DNA of 40,000 nt from an uncultured Clostridia bacterium (GCA_944390445.1 CALXQB010000001.1:140-40139), one strand, 5' to 3'. Positions 1 to 8,433 are shown, counted from the first letter of the stretch. Made by a program: numbers and translations. Notes: generated by a model not told the origin, from the sequence alone.

Positions 1-123
1 CCTTTCGTAAAATGTTTGCTACTATCTAGTAACATCTTTTTTATTATATCATATTTTTTGGAAATTTACAATATCTTCCTTTTCAGAAAGGTAAAATCAT
101 ATGGTAACATTGGTTTTTCATTC

Positions 124-399
124 AAGGACAAATCTAGCTTCGCTAGAGCTTTTTCTCTACTTTTTAATATTTGTTACATTAATTTAAGGTCTAGCAAGAA
201 GCGTATAAGATTTTTCTGTGTATCTATATTTTTATTGCATAGGAAAAATCGTCAGATTTTTCCGGAGCAACAAGGTTAGGCTACCTATATTTGCCCGAGC
301 TTTAGCTCATGGCATGTATTTTGCTCCTGCTTCAGAGAACTGGCTTAGTAAAATGCCTTTCTTACCTTATAGGAAATGCAATTTCCTATAAAGTAAAAA
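124..399. repeat. Composite hairpin-rich repeat, copy A (partner at 25636-25810)
   Basis: Blocks 124-213, about 214-233 and 367-399 recur in the same order and orientation at 25636-25724, about 25750-25773 and 25777-25810 with few substitutions. Copy A carries about 130 extra nt (234-366) of hairpins, e.g. GGAAAAATC-GTCA-GATTTTTCC at 241-262 and GAGC-TTTA-GCTC. Confidence 0.8.
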
Positions 400-400
400 T

Positions 401-425
401 CAGAGAGGCAAAGTTTACCTCTCTG
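401..425 (-). terminator. Probable rho-independent terminator of the 436-636 gene
   Basis: CAGAGAGG-N9-CCTCTCTG stem. On the minus strand it lies just after the stop codon and is followed by ATTTTTAC. Confidence 0.6.
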
Positions 426-435
426 GTTGATGGGA

Positions 436-636
436 TTATGGTGTTACATGGCCCTCTAGCTGGAACATAACGCCACCGTTCATATCTCCTCTTACTCGAA
501 GAGTAGCTCCACATATGGGACATCTTACCCTACTGTCACCTTTTAGGACGAACTCCGTGTTCTTGCTTGTAATCTGTCCATCATCTGCCTCTGCAATTAT
601 GTGTTTGCACCGTGGGCAACGTAGTTTCTGTTTCAC
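436..636 (-). CDS. Small zinc-ribbon protein with two CxxC pairs (Com-like)
   Basis: 66 aa with CPRC...CPIC. GTG start 8 nt after AAGGAGGG, with its own terminator. About 46% G+C by hand count versus about 30% in neighbours. Confidence 0.6.
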   Translation of the reverse strand: MKQKLRCPRCKHIIAEADDGQITSKNTEFVLKGDSRVRCPICGATLRVRGDMNGGVMFQLEGHVTP

Positions 637-713
637 CTTAAATTCCCTCCTTTTTACTTGCCAGTCTTGGCAATGATATATTTTATTTTACCATAAATTT
701 CTTTGTTTTACAA

Positions 714-1712
714 TTAAAAGTTTACAACTTCCACTCCAGTATAATAATGTTTTATAATCTCCTCATAATTTTTTCCTTGTTTTGCTAAGCTATCTGCACC
801 TGTTTGACTCATTCCTACACCATGTCCATACCCTTTTACAAAGAACTTTACATTGTCTCCTATTATTTCAAATGTAAAATTAGCAGACCTTAACCCTAAC
901 AAAGTTCTTACCTCTACTCCCGATAAGTTTAAATTTCCAAATCTGATAGTTCTTACACGATTTCCATCTGTATATTCTAATATTTCAATTGGTTTTTCAA
1001 CATTCCAATCTATTGAAATATCTGCATGTTTTTCTTTAATTTTATCCACTAATTCTTGCTTACTGATTTCTAATTCTGAGGCATATTGGGTATAAGCATC
1101 TTCTCCTGATGTCTCTACAGCTTGCAAATAAGGATATCCCGTTCCTCCCCAAACATTAACTGGCATTTCTGTCATTCCTCCACTATTTGAATGAAAAAAA
1201 GCATTGATTGGCTCTCCTTGATAGGTAATAATTTTTCCTTTGGTTTCATTTACACATTCTACAATTTTATTCCAATTACTTTCTCTTTCACTTTCATCCC
1301 ATTTTGCGAGTCTATCTTCTTTTGATATCCAAGCTTGGCAGCATAAATGGCTATCGCAAATGTCTGCATTATCATGATTTTTATGTTTTATTTTATAAAT
1401 CGTATAAGTCCTTGCCACAACTGCTTGTGCTTTTAATGCTTCTTTTTCAAAATTTGCTGGCATTTCCGCTGATACTACATGATATAGATATTCATCTAAA
1501 TTGACTTCTTCAATTTCGTTTGTTTCCGTATGCAATAATCGCACAATATTATATTCTCGATAATCATAATCCATAGTAACAGTTTCTGAGACTACTTCAT
1601 TCTCTGTTATTTCTTTTGCCACAGTTTGTTCCTTTCTTCCTGTTGTAAACAAAATAGGAATTAAAAAACAAATCAGAACCAAAGCCAAAATATAGATAAT
1701 TAATTTTCTCAC
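714..1712 (-). CDS. spoIID: SpoIID/LytB-domain sporulation protein
   Basis: N-terminal membrane anchor. SpoIID-like stretches EMPANFEKEALKAQAVVARTY and HSNSGGMTE. GTG start after AAGGTG, 16 nt downstream of the sigF stop. Confidence 0.8.
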   Translation of the reverse strand: MRKLIIYILALVLICFLIPILFTTGRKEQTVAKEITENEVVSETVTMDYDYREYNIVRLLHTETNEIEEVNLDEYLYHVVSAEMPANFEKEALKAQAVVARTYTIYKIKHKNHDNADICDSHLCCQAWISKEDRLAKWDESERESNWNKIVECVNETKGKIITYQGEPINAFFHSNSGGMTEMPVNVWGGTGYPYLQAVETSGEDAYTQYASELEISKQELVDKIKEKHADISIDWNVEKPIEILEYTDGNRVRTIRFGNLNLSGVEVRTLLGLRSANFTFEIIGDNVKFFVKGYGHGVGMSQTGADSLAKQGKNYEEIIKHYYTGVEVVNF

Positions 1713-1728
1713 ATCTTCTCACACCTTT

Positions 1729-2448
1729 TTAGCCTATTTTTTCTCTCATAGCTAGTAAAATTTTCTTCTCCATTCTAGATACTTGTACTTGTGAAATTCC
1801 AAGCATTTTTGCAACTTCTGTTTGTGTTTTTTCTTGGTAATATCGTAACAAAATAATCTTTCTCTCCCTTTCTTCCAAGTCTTGAATAAATTCTCTAATA
1901 GCTAAATGATTTACAATTTTTTCTGCTTCATCTACATCATTACGAATAAAATTTATTTTACTTTCTCCACTATTTTCTTCTCCATACGCCTCTTCATTTA
2001 TGGATGTCAAAGGATTCATACTTTCTAATGCCATTGCAACTTCTTCTTTTGTCGTTTTTAATTGTTTAGCAATTTCTCCAATGGTAATTTCTTCTCCTTT
2101 ATCATTCCAATATCGGCTTTGTATTTCTCTAATTTTACATGCCAATTCTTTTGTACTTCTTCTTATTTTAATCGGGCCATCATCTCTTAAAAAACGTTTA
2201 ATTTCTCCCAAAATATAGGGTACTGCATAGGTAGATATCTTTACATCAAATTTAGTATCAAATCTTTGAATTGCTTTTATAAATCCAATACATCCTATTT
2301 GATATAAATCATCTACTTCGTAACCCCTTCCCGTAAACCTTTTTATAATGCTCCATATTAGTCCATTATTTTTTTGTAGAATTTTTCCTAATACTTCTTC
2401 ATTTCCCCTCTGTGCCTCCAGAATTTCCTCTATCTCCGTTAAATACAT
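1729..2448 (-). CDS. sigF: Sporulation sigma factor SigF
   Basis: Sigma-70 regions 2-4 (DLYQIGCIGFIKAIQRFD; region 4 HTH GISQVQVSRMEKK). Third gene after spoIIAA-spoIIAB. RBS AAAGGAG. Confidence 0.9.
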   Translation of the reverse strand: MYLTEIEEILEAQRGNEEVLGKILQKNNGLIWSIIKRFTGRGYEVDDLYQIGCIGFIKAIQRFDTKFDVKISTYAVPYILGEIKRFLRDDGPIKIRRSTKELACKIREIQSRYWNDKGEEITIGEIAKQLKTTKEEVAMALESMNPLTSINEEAYGEENSGESKINFIRNDVDEAEKIVNHLAIREFIQDLEERERKIILLRYYQEKTQTEVAKMLGISQVQVSRMEKKILLAMREKIG

Positions 2449-2470
2449 AATTGCTCCTTTAAAATCTGTT

Positions 2471-2905
2471 TTATTCTTTTGTAATGATTTTTTTCATTGT
2501 CACTTTGGTTCCTAAACCAAGTACAGATTCTACATTCATTTCATCCATAAAACTTTCCATAATCGTAAAACCCATACCTGATCTTTCCAAATTTGGTTTA
2601 GAAGTATATAATGGTTTTTTCGCTTCTTCGATATTTTCAATTCCTTTTCCTGTATCCGATATCTCAATCACAATAGAATCAGCAAATAATTTGCAAACCA
2701 TTTTAATCATTCCTTCTTTTTCCTCATAAGCATGAATAATGCAATTTGTCACTGCTTCTGATACTGCTGTTTTAATATCTGCCAATTGTTCTATGGTAGG
2801 GTCTAATTGTGAAGCAAATGCCGCAACCGTAATTCTGGCAAATGCTTCATTATTAGATTTACTCAAAAACTCCAATTTCATTTCATTTTCATACAAATTT
2901 TTCAT
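2471..2905 (-). CDS. spoIIAB: Anti-sigma F factor, serine kinase SpoIIAB
   Basis: HATPase_c-like motifs ([22 protein letters not shown]). Overlaps the spoIIAA 3' end. Confidence 0.9.
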   Translation of the reverse strand: MKNLYENEMKLEFLSKSNNEAFARITVAAFASQLDPTIEQLADIKTAVSEAVTNCIIHAYEEKEGMIKMVCKLFADSIVIEISDTGKGIENIEEAKKPLYTSKPNLERSGMGFTIMESFMDEMNVESVLGLGTKVTMKKIITKE

Positions 2906-3221
2906 TCAATATATTCTCCTTTATTTCTACAAGTTTAAGAATTCCTGACATTTCCAATATTCTTTTAATATTTGGTTTCACATTCACAATCTCTAGTGTT
3001 CCTCCAAAATTTGTTGCCATTTTATACCTTCCAATAATCATTCCTATTCCTGCACTATCCATGAAAGTGACACTATTAAAATCAAATATAGTTTTTCTAG
3101 GCATGTGTCTTTGAATTTCATAATCCGCTCTCCTCCTTATTTTTTCTGCTGTATGATGATCAATTTCTTCTGTAACCTCCAGTGTAAGCAGTTTGCTAGA
3201 TGGTGTATAAATACAGTTCAT
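2889..3221 (-). CDS. spoIIAA: Anti-sigma F factor antagonist SpoIIAA (STAS domain)
   Basis: 110-aa STAS protein with the phosphorylatable FMDSAGIG motif. First gene of the operon. RBS GAAAGGAAGGA. Confidence 0.9.
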   Translation of the reverse strand: MNCIYTPSSKLLTLEVTEEIDHHTAEKIRRRADYEIQRHMPRKTIFDFNSVTFMDSAGIGMIIGRYKMATNFGGTLEIVNVKPNIKRILEMSGILKLVEIKENILNEKFV

Positions 3222-3348
3222 TTTCTATCCTTCCTTTCTAGTCTATTAAATTTAATCACCTTGTCCATTTGATATTTTGTATTATACATCTTCTTCCATA
3301 TTTTTCCAATAGCAAATCATAGGAAGTTTTATCGATTTATAAGAAGTT

Positions 3349-3355
3349 TTCGACA
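3349..3355 (-). promoter_or_regulatory. Candidate Spo0A box (TGTCGAA) upstream of spoIIAA
   Basis: Exact TGTCGAA on the minus strand about 130 nt upstream of the spoIIAA start. A single heptamer, so weak evidence. Confidence 0.3.
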
Positions 3356-3398
3356 TTTTCTTTAAAAAATATGCCTGTCAGTGTTTTCAATTTGATCA

Positions 3399-3502
3399 GA
3401 CAGAGGGACGGAGCTTTTGTGAACAGAGGGACGGAGTTTTTGTACAGATGGACTGTACAAAAGCTCCGTCCCTCTGTTCACAAAAACTCCGTCCCTCTGT
3501 TC
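3399..3502. repeat. 104-nt inverted repeat made of four copies of a 23-24-nt unit; probable valS terminator/insulator
   Basis: Left arm holds two tandem copies of GAACAGAGGGACGGAG[C/T]TTTTGT, then a 5-nt loop (ATGGA), then two reverse-complement copies. Starts about 7 nt beyond the valS stop. Confidence 0.9.
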
Positions 3503-3509
3503 ATAAAAG

Positions 3510-6155
3510 CTATTTTAATTTCTTCAATCTCTCATCTATTGTTTCTATCATTTCATTAAATTTCTTTAATTTTTCTTTTTCTTCCTTTACTTTTGCTTCT
3601 GGTGCTTTTGCTAAAAATCCTGGATTAGATAACATTTTATCTGTTTTTTCTTTTTCTACCAATACCTTTTCTTTTTCCTTTTGTAATCTTTGTTTTTCTT
3701 CCTCAATATCTACTAAATCCTCAAAAGGAATAAATAGTTTCATACTAGAAGTAACAACTGATACACTATTTTCTGGAATTCCATCTTCTTTTTCCTTTAT
3801 GATAATCTCTTCACTAAATCCTAGTTTTTTCAAGAATTCTTGTGATTGTAATATTGCATCTTTCCACTCGTTTCCAATAAAAATTAGTTTTGCCTTTTTA
3901 GAAGGATGTACATTCATATTAGTTCTTACATTTCTAATTCCGGTTATCACTTCTTTGATTTGTTCTATCTGTTTTTCTTCTTTCTCAAATTCTAGTTCTG
4001 AATCATATTGTGGATATTGAGAAATCATAATACTTTCATCTTTGTGATATAATTTTGTGTATACTTCCTCTGTTATAAATGGCATAAATGGATGTAATAA
4101 TTTTAAAGAATTTCCTAACACCTTGTTTAACACCCATGCAGCCGTTTCTCTAGAAGGATTCTCTTTATTATATAATCTTGGTTTAACCATTTCTATATAC
4201 CAATCGCAGAATTCGTCCCAAATAAAATTATATATTTTTTCTAAAGCTATTCCCAATTCAAATTTATCTAGATTATTTCTTACTTCTTTTATAATTTGAT
4301 TTTGTTTCGATAGTATCCATTTGTCTTCTATTGCCAATTTAGAAGCATCTATTTCTCCTAAAAGTTTTTCTTCTTCTATACCTTCTAAATTCATTAAAAC
4401 AAATTTAGATGCATTCCATATTTTATTTGCAAAATTTCCAGCTGCTTCTAATTTTTCTTCTGAATAACGAATATCATTTCCTGGTGTTGTTCCCAATACT
4501 AATGAAAATCTTAAACTATCTGTTCCAAATTTATCTATAATTTCTAATGGGTCTATTCCATTTCCAAGGCTTTTTGACATTTTTCTTCCTTGACTGTCTC
4601 TTACTAATCCATGGAATAAAACATTTTTAAATGGTACTTTCCCCATATGCTCTATTCCAGAAAATATCATTCTTGCTACCCAGAAGAATATAATATCATA
4701 ACCTGTTACTAACGTATCTGTTGGATAAAAATATTTTAATTCTTCTGTTTTCTCTGGCCAACCTAATACAGAAAATGGCCAAAGTGCAGAACTAAACCAG
4801 GTATCTAATGTATCTTCATCCTGCTTTAAATGGGTACTTCCACATTTACTACATTTTTGTGGCATATCTTTTTCTACCATCATTTCTCCACAGTTTTCAC
4901 AATAATAGGCAGGTATTCTATGTCCCCACCATAATTGTCTTGAAATACACCAATCTTTAATATTATTCATCCAATTATAATAAGTTTTTTCAAATCGATC
5001 TGGAATAAATTTGATCTCTCCATTTTTTACCGCTTCTATGGCAGGTTTTGCAAGTGGTTCCATTCTAACAAACCATTGCTCAGAAATTTTTGGTTCTACT
5101 GTATGGTGACAACGATAACACTTTCCTACATTATGTTTATAGTTTTCTATTTTTACTAAAACACCTAATTCTTTTAATTTTTCTACAATGCGTTTCCTTG
5201 CTTCTAATAGTTCTAATCCTTTATATTCTGGTACTAAATCTCCCATTTTAAAGTCTTCGTCAAATACTTCTATGATTTCCAAATGATGTTTTAGTCCTGC
5301 TTCGTAGTCATTTGTATCATGTGCTGGTGTAATTTTAACAGCACCAGTTCCAAATTCTTTTTCAACAAATTCGTCACCTATAATTGGAATCTCTTTATTC
5401 ATAATAGGAAGAATAGCTGATTTTCCTATTAAATTTTGGTACCTTTCATCTTCTGGATGAACCGCTATTGCTGTGTCTCCTAACATTGTCTCAGGTCTTG
5501 TTGTAGCAACAATAATAAATTGATCACTATCTTTTATTTGATATTTAATATACCATAATTTTGTATCTTCTTCTTCAAACTCTACTTCCGCATCTGATAT
5601 AGATGTATGACATGTAGGGCACCAATTAATCATTCTTTTGCCTTTATAGATTAGATCATCATGATATAGTTTAATAAATACCGTTTTTACAGCATTAGAT
5701 AAACCTTCATCCATGGTAAATCTTTCTTTTTCCCAATCGCATGAACATCCTAGTTTCTTTAATTGCTGTAAAATTGCGCCTCCATATTCTTTTTTCCATT
5801 CCCATGCTCTTCTTAAAAATTCTTCTCTTCCTAGTTCTTCCTTGCTAACTCCCTCTTCTTTCATTTTCGCTACAATTTTGGCTTCTGTTGCAATGGCTGC
5901 ATGGTCTGTTCCTGGTACCCATAATGCATTATATCCATCCATTCTTTTATAACGAATTAATATGTCTTGTAAAGTTTCATCTAGTGCATGTCCCATATGC
6001 AATTTTCCTGTAATATTAGGAGGCGGAATTACGATCGTATATGGTTTTTTATTCTTATCCGGGCTCGCTTTAAAATATCCCTTCTTTTCCCAATTATCAT
6101 AAATTCGATTTTCAAAATCTTTTGGATTAAACTTATCTGCTAATTTCTCCTTCAT
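3510..6155 (-). CDS. valS: Valine--tRNA ligase
   Basis: Class I aaRS motifs (PPPNITGKLHMGH, KMSKSLGN) and a C-terminal coiled coil. Start moved to MKEKLADKF because AAGGAGG lies 6 nt upstream. Confidence 0.97.
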   Translation of the reverse strand: MKEKLADKFNPKDFENRIYDNWEKKGYFKASPDKNKKPYTIVIPPPNITGKLHMGHALDETLQDILIRYKRMDGYNALWVPGTDHAAIATEAKIVAKMKEEGVSKEELGREEFLRRAWEWKKEYGGAILQQLKKLGCSCDWEKERFTMDEGLSNAVKTVFIKLYHDDLIYKGKRMINWCPTCHTSISDAEVEFEEEDTKLWYIKYQIKDSDQFIIVATTRPETMLGDTAIAVHPEDERYQNLIGKSAILPIMNKEIPIIGDEFVEKEFGTGAVKITPAHDTNDYEAGLKHHLEIIEVFDEDFKMGDLVPEYKGLELLEARKRIVEKLKELGVLVKIENYKHNVGKCYRCHHTVEPKISEQWFVRMEPLAKPAIEAVKNGEIKFIPDRFEKTYYNWMNNIKDWCISRQLWWGHRIPAYYCENCGEMMVEKDMPQKCSKCGSTHLKQDEDTLDTWFSSALWPFSVLGWPEKTEELKYFYPTDTLVTGYDIIFFWVARMIFSGIEHMGKVPFKNVLFHGLVRDSQGRKMSKSLGNGIDPLEIIDKFGTDSLRFSLVLGTTPGNDIRYSEEKLEAAGNFANKIWNASKFVLMNLEGIEEEKLLGEIDASKLAIEDKWILSKQNQIIKEVRNNLDKFELGIALEKIYNFIWDEFCDWYIEMVKPRLYNKENPSRETAAWVLNKVLGNSLKLLHPFMPFITEEVYTKLYHKDESIMISQYPQYDSELEFEKEEKQIEQIKEVITGIRNVRTNMNVHPSKKAKLIFIGNEWKDAILQSQEFLKKLGFSEEIIIKEKEDGIPENSVSVVTSSMKLFIPFEDLVDIEEEKQRLQKEKEKVLVEKEKTDKMLSNPGFLAKAPEAKVKEEKEKLKKFNEMIETIDERLKKLK

Positions 6156-6329
6156 TTTTAACCTCCTTAATATTAGTATATGGTTTATCACCTATTATCA
6201 TTCTTTTTTTAGTTTCTTCTTGTTTTTGTTTGCTCTTTTCTTTTATTGTTTGCCTAAAAATCTTACTTCTACTTGGACCTTCCATTTTTATCACATTCCT
6301 TTCTTTTTTCGTCCTACCCTCTGTTTACG

Positions 6330-6586
6330 AAAGAAGACCTCACCCATCATAAGGGCGAGGTCTTCTCACGGTACCACCTTAATTATTATTTTTATAAAAT
6401 AATTTCTCCATAAGTCATTAACGCTGCTCAAACGAATATATTTACTATTATTTCAATATATTAACTCCAAAGCTACCTTGGGCTAATCCTTCCTTAAAAG
6501 AGCTTCCAGCCTCTGACTCTTTTTCTCTGTTAGGTTTAAACAAGCCTACTCCTCTTCTTCCTCGTTTTTCCTTTTTAAATTTTAAT
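6330..6586 (-). promoter_or_regulatory. T-box leader of valS (with its promoter at 6593-6621)
   Basis: Minus strand has AATTAAGGTGGTACCGTGAG (T-box motif) overlapping a terminator stem GAAGACCTCGCCC/GGGTGAGGTCTTC plus a T-rich tail (6333-6365). Stem I-like GAGGAAGAAGAGGAGTAGG at the 5' end. Promoter TTTACA-17-TATACT. The specifier may be GUA in AAGGUAGC, which is uncertain. Confidence 0.85.
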
Positions 6587-6651
6587 GTTACAAGTATAAC
6601 ATGTTTTTAGAGTTTTGTAAAGAGCTTTCATGAACATTAGAAACATATTCG

Positions 6652-6681
6652 TTTGCAGTTTTATGTAAAACATGGTATAAT
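6652..6681 (+). promoter_or_regulatory. Candidate sigma-A promoter of the 6713 gene
   Basis: TTTGCA, 18-nt spacer, TGgTATAAT extended -10. Confidence 0.45.
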
Positions 6682-6712
6682 AGATTTATTCTTTTTTGAA
6701 AGGAGTTTGAAA

Positions 6713-6961
6713 ATGGAGGAATTGTCAAAACGGATTGATGAATTGATAAAGCAGTCAATTCAGGAAGAACGGTTTACACAAGCTCTGCTTTATGCAGATA
6801 TTGCAATGGCATTGTCCGGATACTATGAACTCCCTGGCAAGGTAAATATCCGCCTTTATGGTAGATATAGCAATCGACTCCTGAAAAAGGCTTTTGCCAA
6901 TCTTGGATTTCGTATCAATAACAAGCCCAAGAATGGCATTACCATTTACTTGAAAAAGTGA
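6713..6961 (+). CDS. Hypothetical 82-aa protein (stand-alone, G+C-elevated)
   Basis: Start MEELSKRI after AAAGGAG. Own promoter and terminator. About 39% G+C by hand count. No motif recognised. Confidence 0.6.
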   Translation: MEELSKRIDELIKQSIQEERFTQALLYADIAMALSGYYELPGKVNIRLYGRYSNRLLKKAFANLGFRINNKPKNGITIYLKK

Positions 6962-6974
6962 ATGAAAAATAGCC

Positions 6975-7020
6975 AAAACAAAACGTTGAAAATACGACTG
7001 TAATTTCAACGTTTTGTTTT
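6975..7020. terminator. Bidirectional rho-independent terminator
   Basis: AAAACAAAACGTTGAAA-N12-TTTCAACGTTTTGTTTT with an A-run and T-run, between convergent genes. Confidence 0.8.
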
Positions 7021-7037
7021 TTTAACTTCATAAATGC

Positions 7038-7229
7038 TTATTGATTACATATTACAATAATAGCTCCAATTACGGCAATGATAAAACCTATCATTTTTAA
7101 GCCAAGTGACGCTTCATTTTGGTCTCCAAAGCTAAAAAACTTTGAGGTAATTGGTCTTGCATCATATACCATTACAACTCCTATTGTTCCCACTATGATT
7201 CCTAATATATTTAAAAACAATTGCATCAC
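7038..7229 (-). CDS. Small two-TM membrane protein, hypothetical
   Basis: 63 aa with two hydrophobic helices. Weak AAGGA RBS. Confidence 0.5.
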   Translation of the reverse strand: MMQLFLNILGIIVGTIGVVMVYDARPITSKFFSFGDQNEASLGLKMIGFIIAVIGAIIVICNQ

Positions 7230-7326
7230 TTTTCATTCCTTTTTCTTTTTTCTTATTATATAATTGCATATTTTAAATGTCAATGCTATAATATATTTTA
7301 TTGAATTTTAAAAAAGGAGAATCATA

Positions 7327-8184
7327 ATGGACCGATACATTGCTGCTAAGAGAGTTGGATTATTAGGAATTTTAGGAAATATCTTCTTGCTTTGTATTAA
7401 AGCTGCTGTTGGTTTTTTATTTAAAAGCCAAGCTATGATTGCTGATAGTGTCAATAGTGCTTCTGATATTTTTGCATCTTTAATGACTTTTATAGGAAAC
7501 AAAATTGCAAGAGAACCTGAAGATAATACCCATAATCTAGGCCACGGAAAAGCAGAATACATTTTTTCTTTGTTTATTAGTTTATCCATGATTTTAGTGG
7601 CTTTAAAACTTTTATTTGATTCCATTTATACTTTGATAAATGGCAGTGAGCTTACTTTTTCATGGTTACTGGTTATTGTTTGTATTGTTACAATTTTATT
7701 AAAATCTATTTTATTTTTATACACCTATCGTTTAGCTAAAAAACATAATAATATTTTGCTAAATGCTTCTTATGAAGATCACAGAAATGATTGTATTGTT
7801 ACTACTTTTACATTGCTTTCTATTTTAGCTACTTTAGTTGGTATTCACTGGTTAGATGGAGTAGTTGGAATTGGTATTTCTATATGGATTTGTATCACAG
7901 GAATTAAACTTTTTATTGGAAGCTATAATATTTTAATGGATATTTCCATTGACGAAAATACAAAAGACATTATTCTAGATTTAGTTCACAGCTATAAAGA
8001 TATTAAAAAGGTAGATGAATTTTACTCTACTCCTACTGGATACCAATATGTTGTGTTTCTAACGATTTATGTAGATGGAAATCTATCCACTTTTGCCAGT
8101 CACAATTTGGCAGATAGTTTGGAAAGAGATATCTGTAAATTAGAAAAAATTTCAAAAGCTATTGTTCATGTAAATCCTATTTAG
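7327..8184 (+). CDS. Cation diffusion facilitator (CDF) family metal efflux transporter
   Basis: CDF-like N-terminus (ADSVNSASD, HNLGHGKAE), six TM helices and a C-terminal cytoplasmic domain. RBS AAGGAG. Confidence 0.85.
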   Translation: MDRYIAAKRVGLLGILGNIFLLCIKAAVGFLFKSQAMIADSVNSASDIFASLMTFIGNKIAREPEDNTHNLGHGKAEYIFSLFISLSMILVALKLLFDSIYTLINGSELTFSWLLVIVCIVTILLKSILFLYTYRLAKKHNNILLNASYEDHRNDCIVTTFTLLSILATLVGIHWLDGVVGIGISIWICITGIKLFIGSYNILMDISIDENTKDIILDLVHSYKDIKKVDEFYSTPTGYQYVVFLTIYVDGNLSTFASHNLADSLERDICKLEKISKAIVHVNPI

Positions 8185-8253
8185 GATATTTGCTTTTCGA
8201 ATTGGTTAAGACTTCTCTCTACATAAAAATATCAATAATAACATGTTTTTCGG

Positions 8254-8279
8254 GTCATCGAAGATGGCGACACCCTACA
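8254..8279 (+). repeat. Hairpin-CCCTACA repeat unit
   Basis: GTCATCG-AAGA-TGGCGAC (imperfect stem) followed by ACCCTACA. Same tail as the right end of the MITE at 15094-15293. Confidence 0.6.
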
Positions 8280-8300
8280 TACTTTTTTAGTAATTGCTTC

Positions 8301-8331
8301 GAAGAACGGGCGATTAAAATCGCCCCCTACA
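8301..8331 (+). repeat. Hairpin-CCCTACA repeat unit (near-identical copy at 28565-28594)
   Basis: GAAGAACGGGCGATTAAAATCGCCCCCTACA: stem GGGCGAT/ATCGCCC, loop TAAA, tail CCTACA. Confidence 0.8.
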
Positions 8332-8344
8332 ATTTTCATAACTT

Positions 8345-8383
8345 ACTTTTCACTTCCTATTTCCCACTTTTCACTTCTTATTT
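8345..8383. repeat. Two direct 18-nt repeats with 21-nt period
   Basis: ACTTTTCACTTCCTATTT (8345-8362) and ACTTTTCACTTCTTATTT (8366-8383), one mismatch. Confidence 0.8.
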
Positions 8384-8392
8384 AAGGGAGCT

Positions 8393-8408
8393 GTCGCATT
8401 TATGCGAC
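8393..8408. repeat. Short GC-rich hairpin
   Basis: GTCGCAT-TT-ATGCGAC followed by TGAGGG. Resembles the other intergenic hairpins but lacks the CCCTACA tail. Confidence 0.4.
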
Positions 8409-8433
8409 TGAGGGTTCTTTATTCATTAAAACC

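Noticed and set aside
16-279. 87-aa plus-strand ORF at the window start
   Set aside because: No RBS and a low-complexity AT-driven translation. It runs across the structured repeat, so it is treated as non-coding.
280-345. tRNA-like look of GAGCTTTAGCTCATGG within repeat copy A
   Set aside because: The stem order is reversed relative to a D-arm. There is no T-loop (GGTTCGAATCC-like), no acceptor stem and no cloverleaf.
3448-4020. 190-aa plus-strand ORF, and the many other Ser/Phe/Leu-rich ORFs antisense to long genes (for example 9160-9480, 10780-11085, 26917-27177, 35247-35597)
   Set aside because: These are shadow ORFs on the opposite strand of confidently identified genes. They have low-complexity composition and no RBS.
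6192-6329. About 50-codon basic ORF (MEGPSRSKIFRQTIKEK...) between the T-box terminator and the valS start
   Set aside because: Only a weak AGGAA RBS and a lysine-rich translation expected from A-rich leader sequence. It overlaps the valS RBS and start out of frame. Ribo-seq would settle it, but I do not call it.
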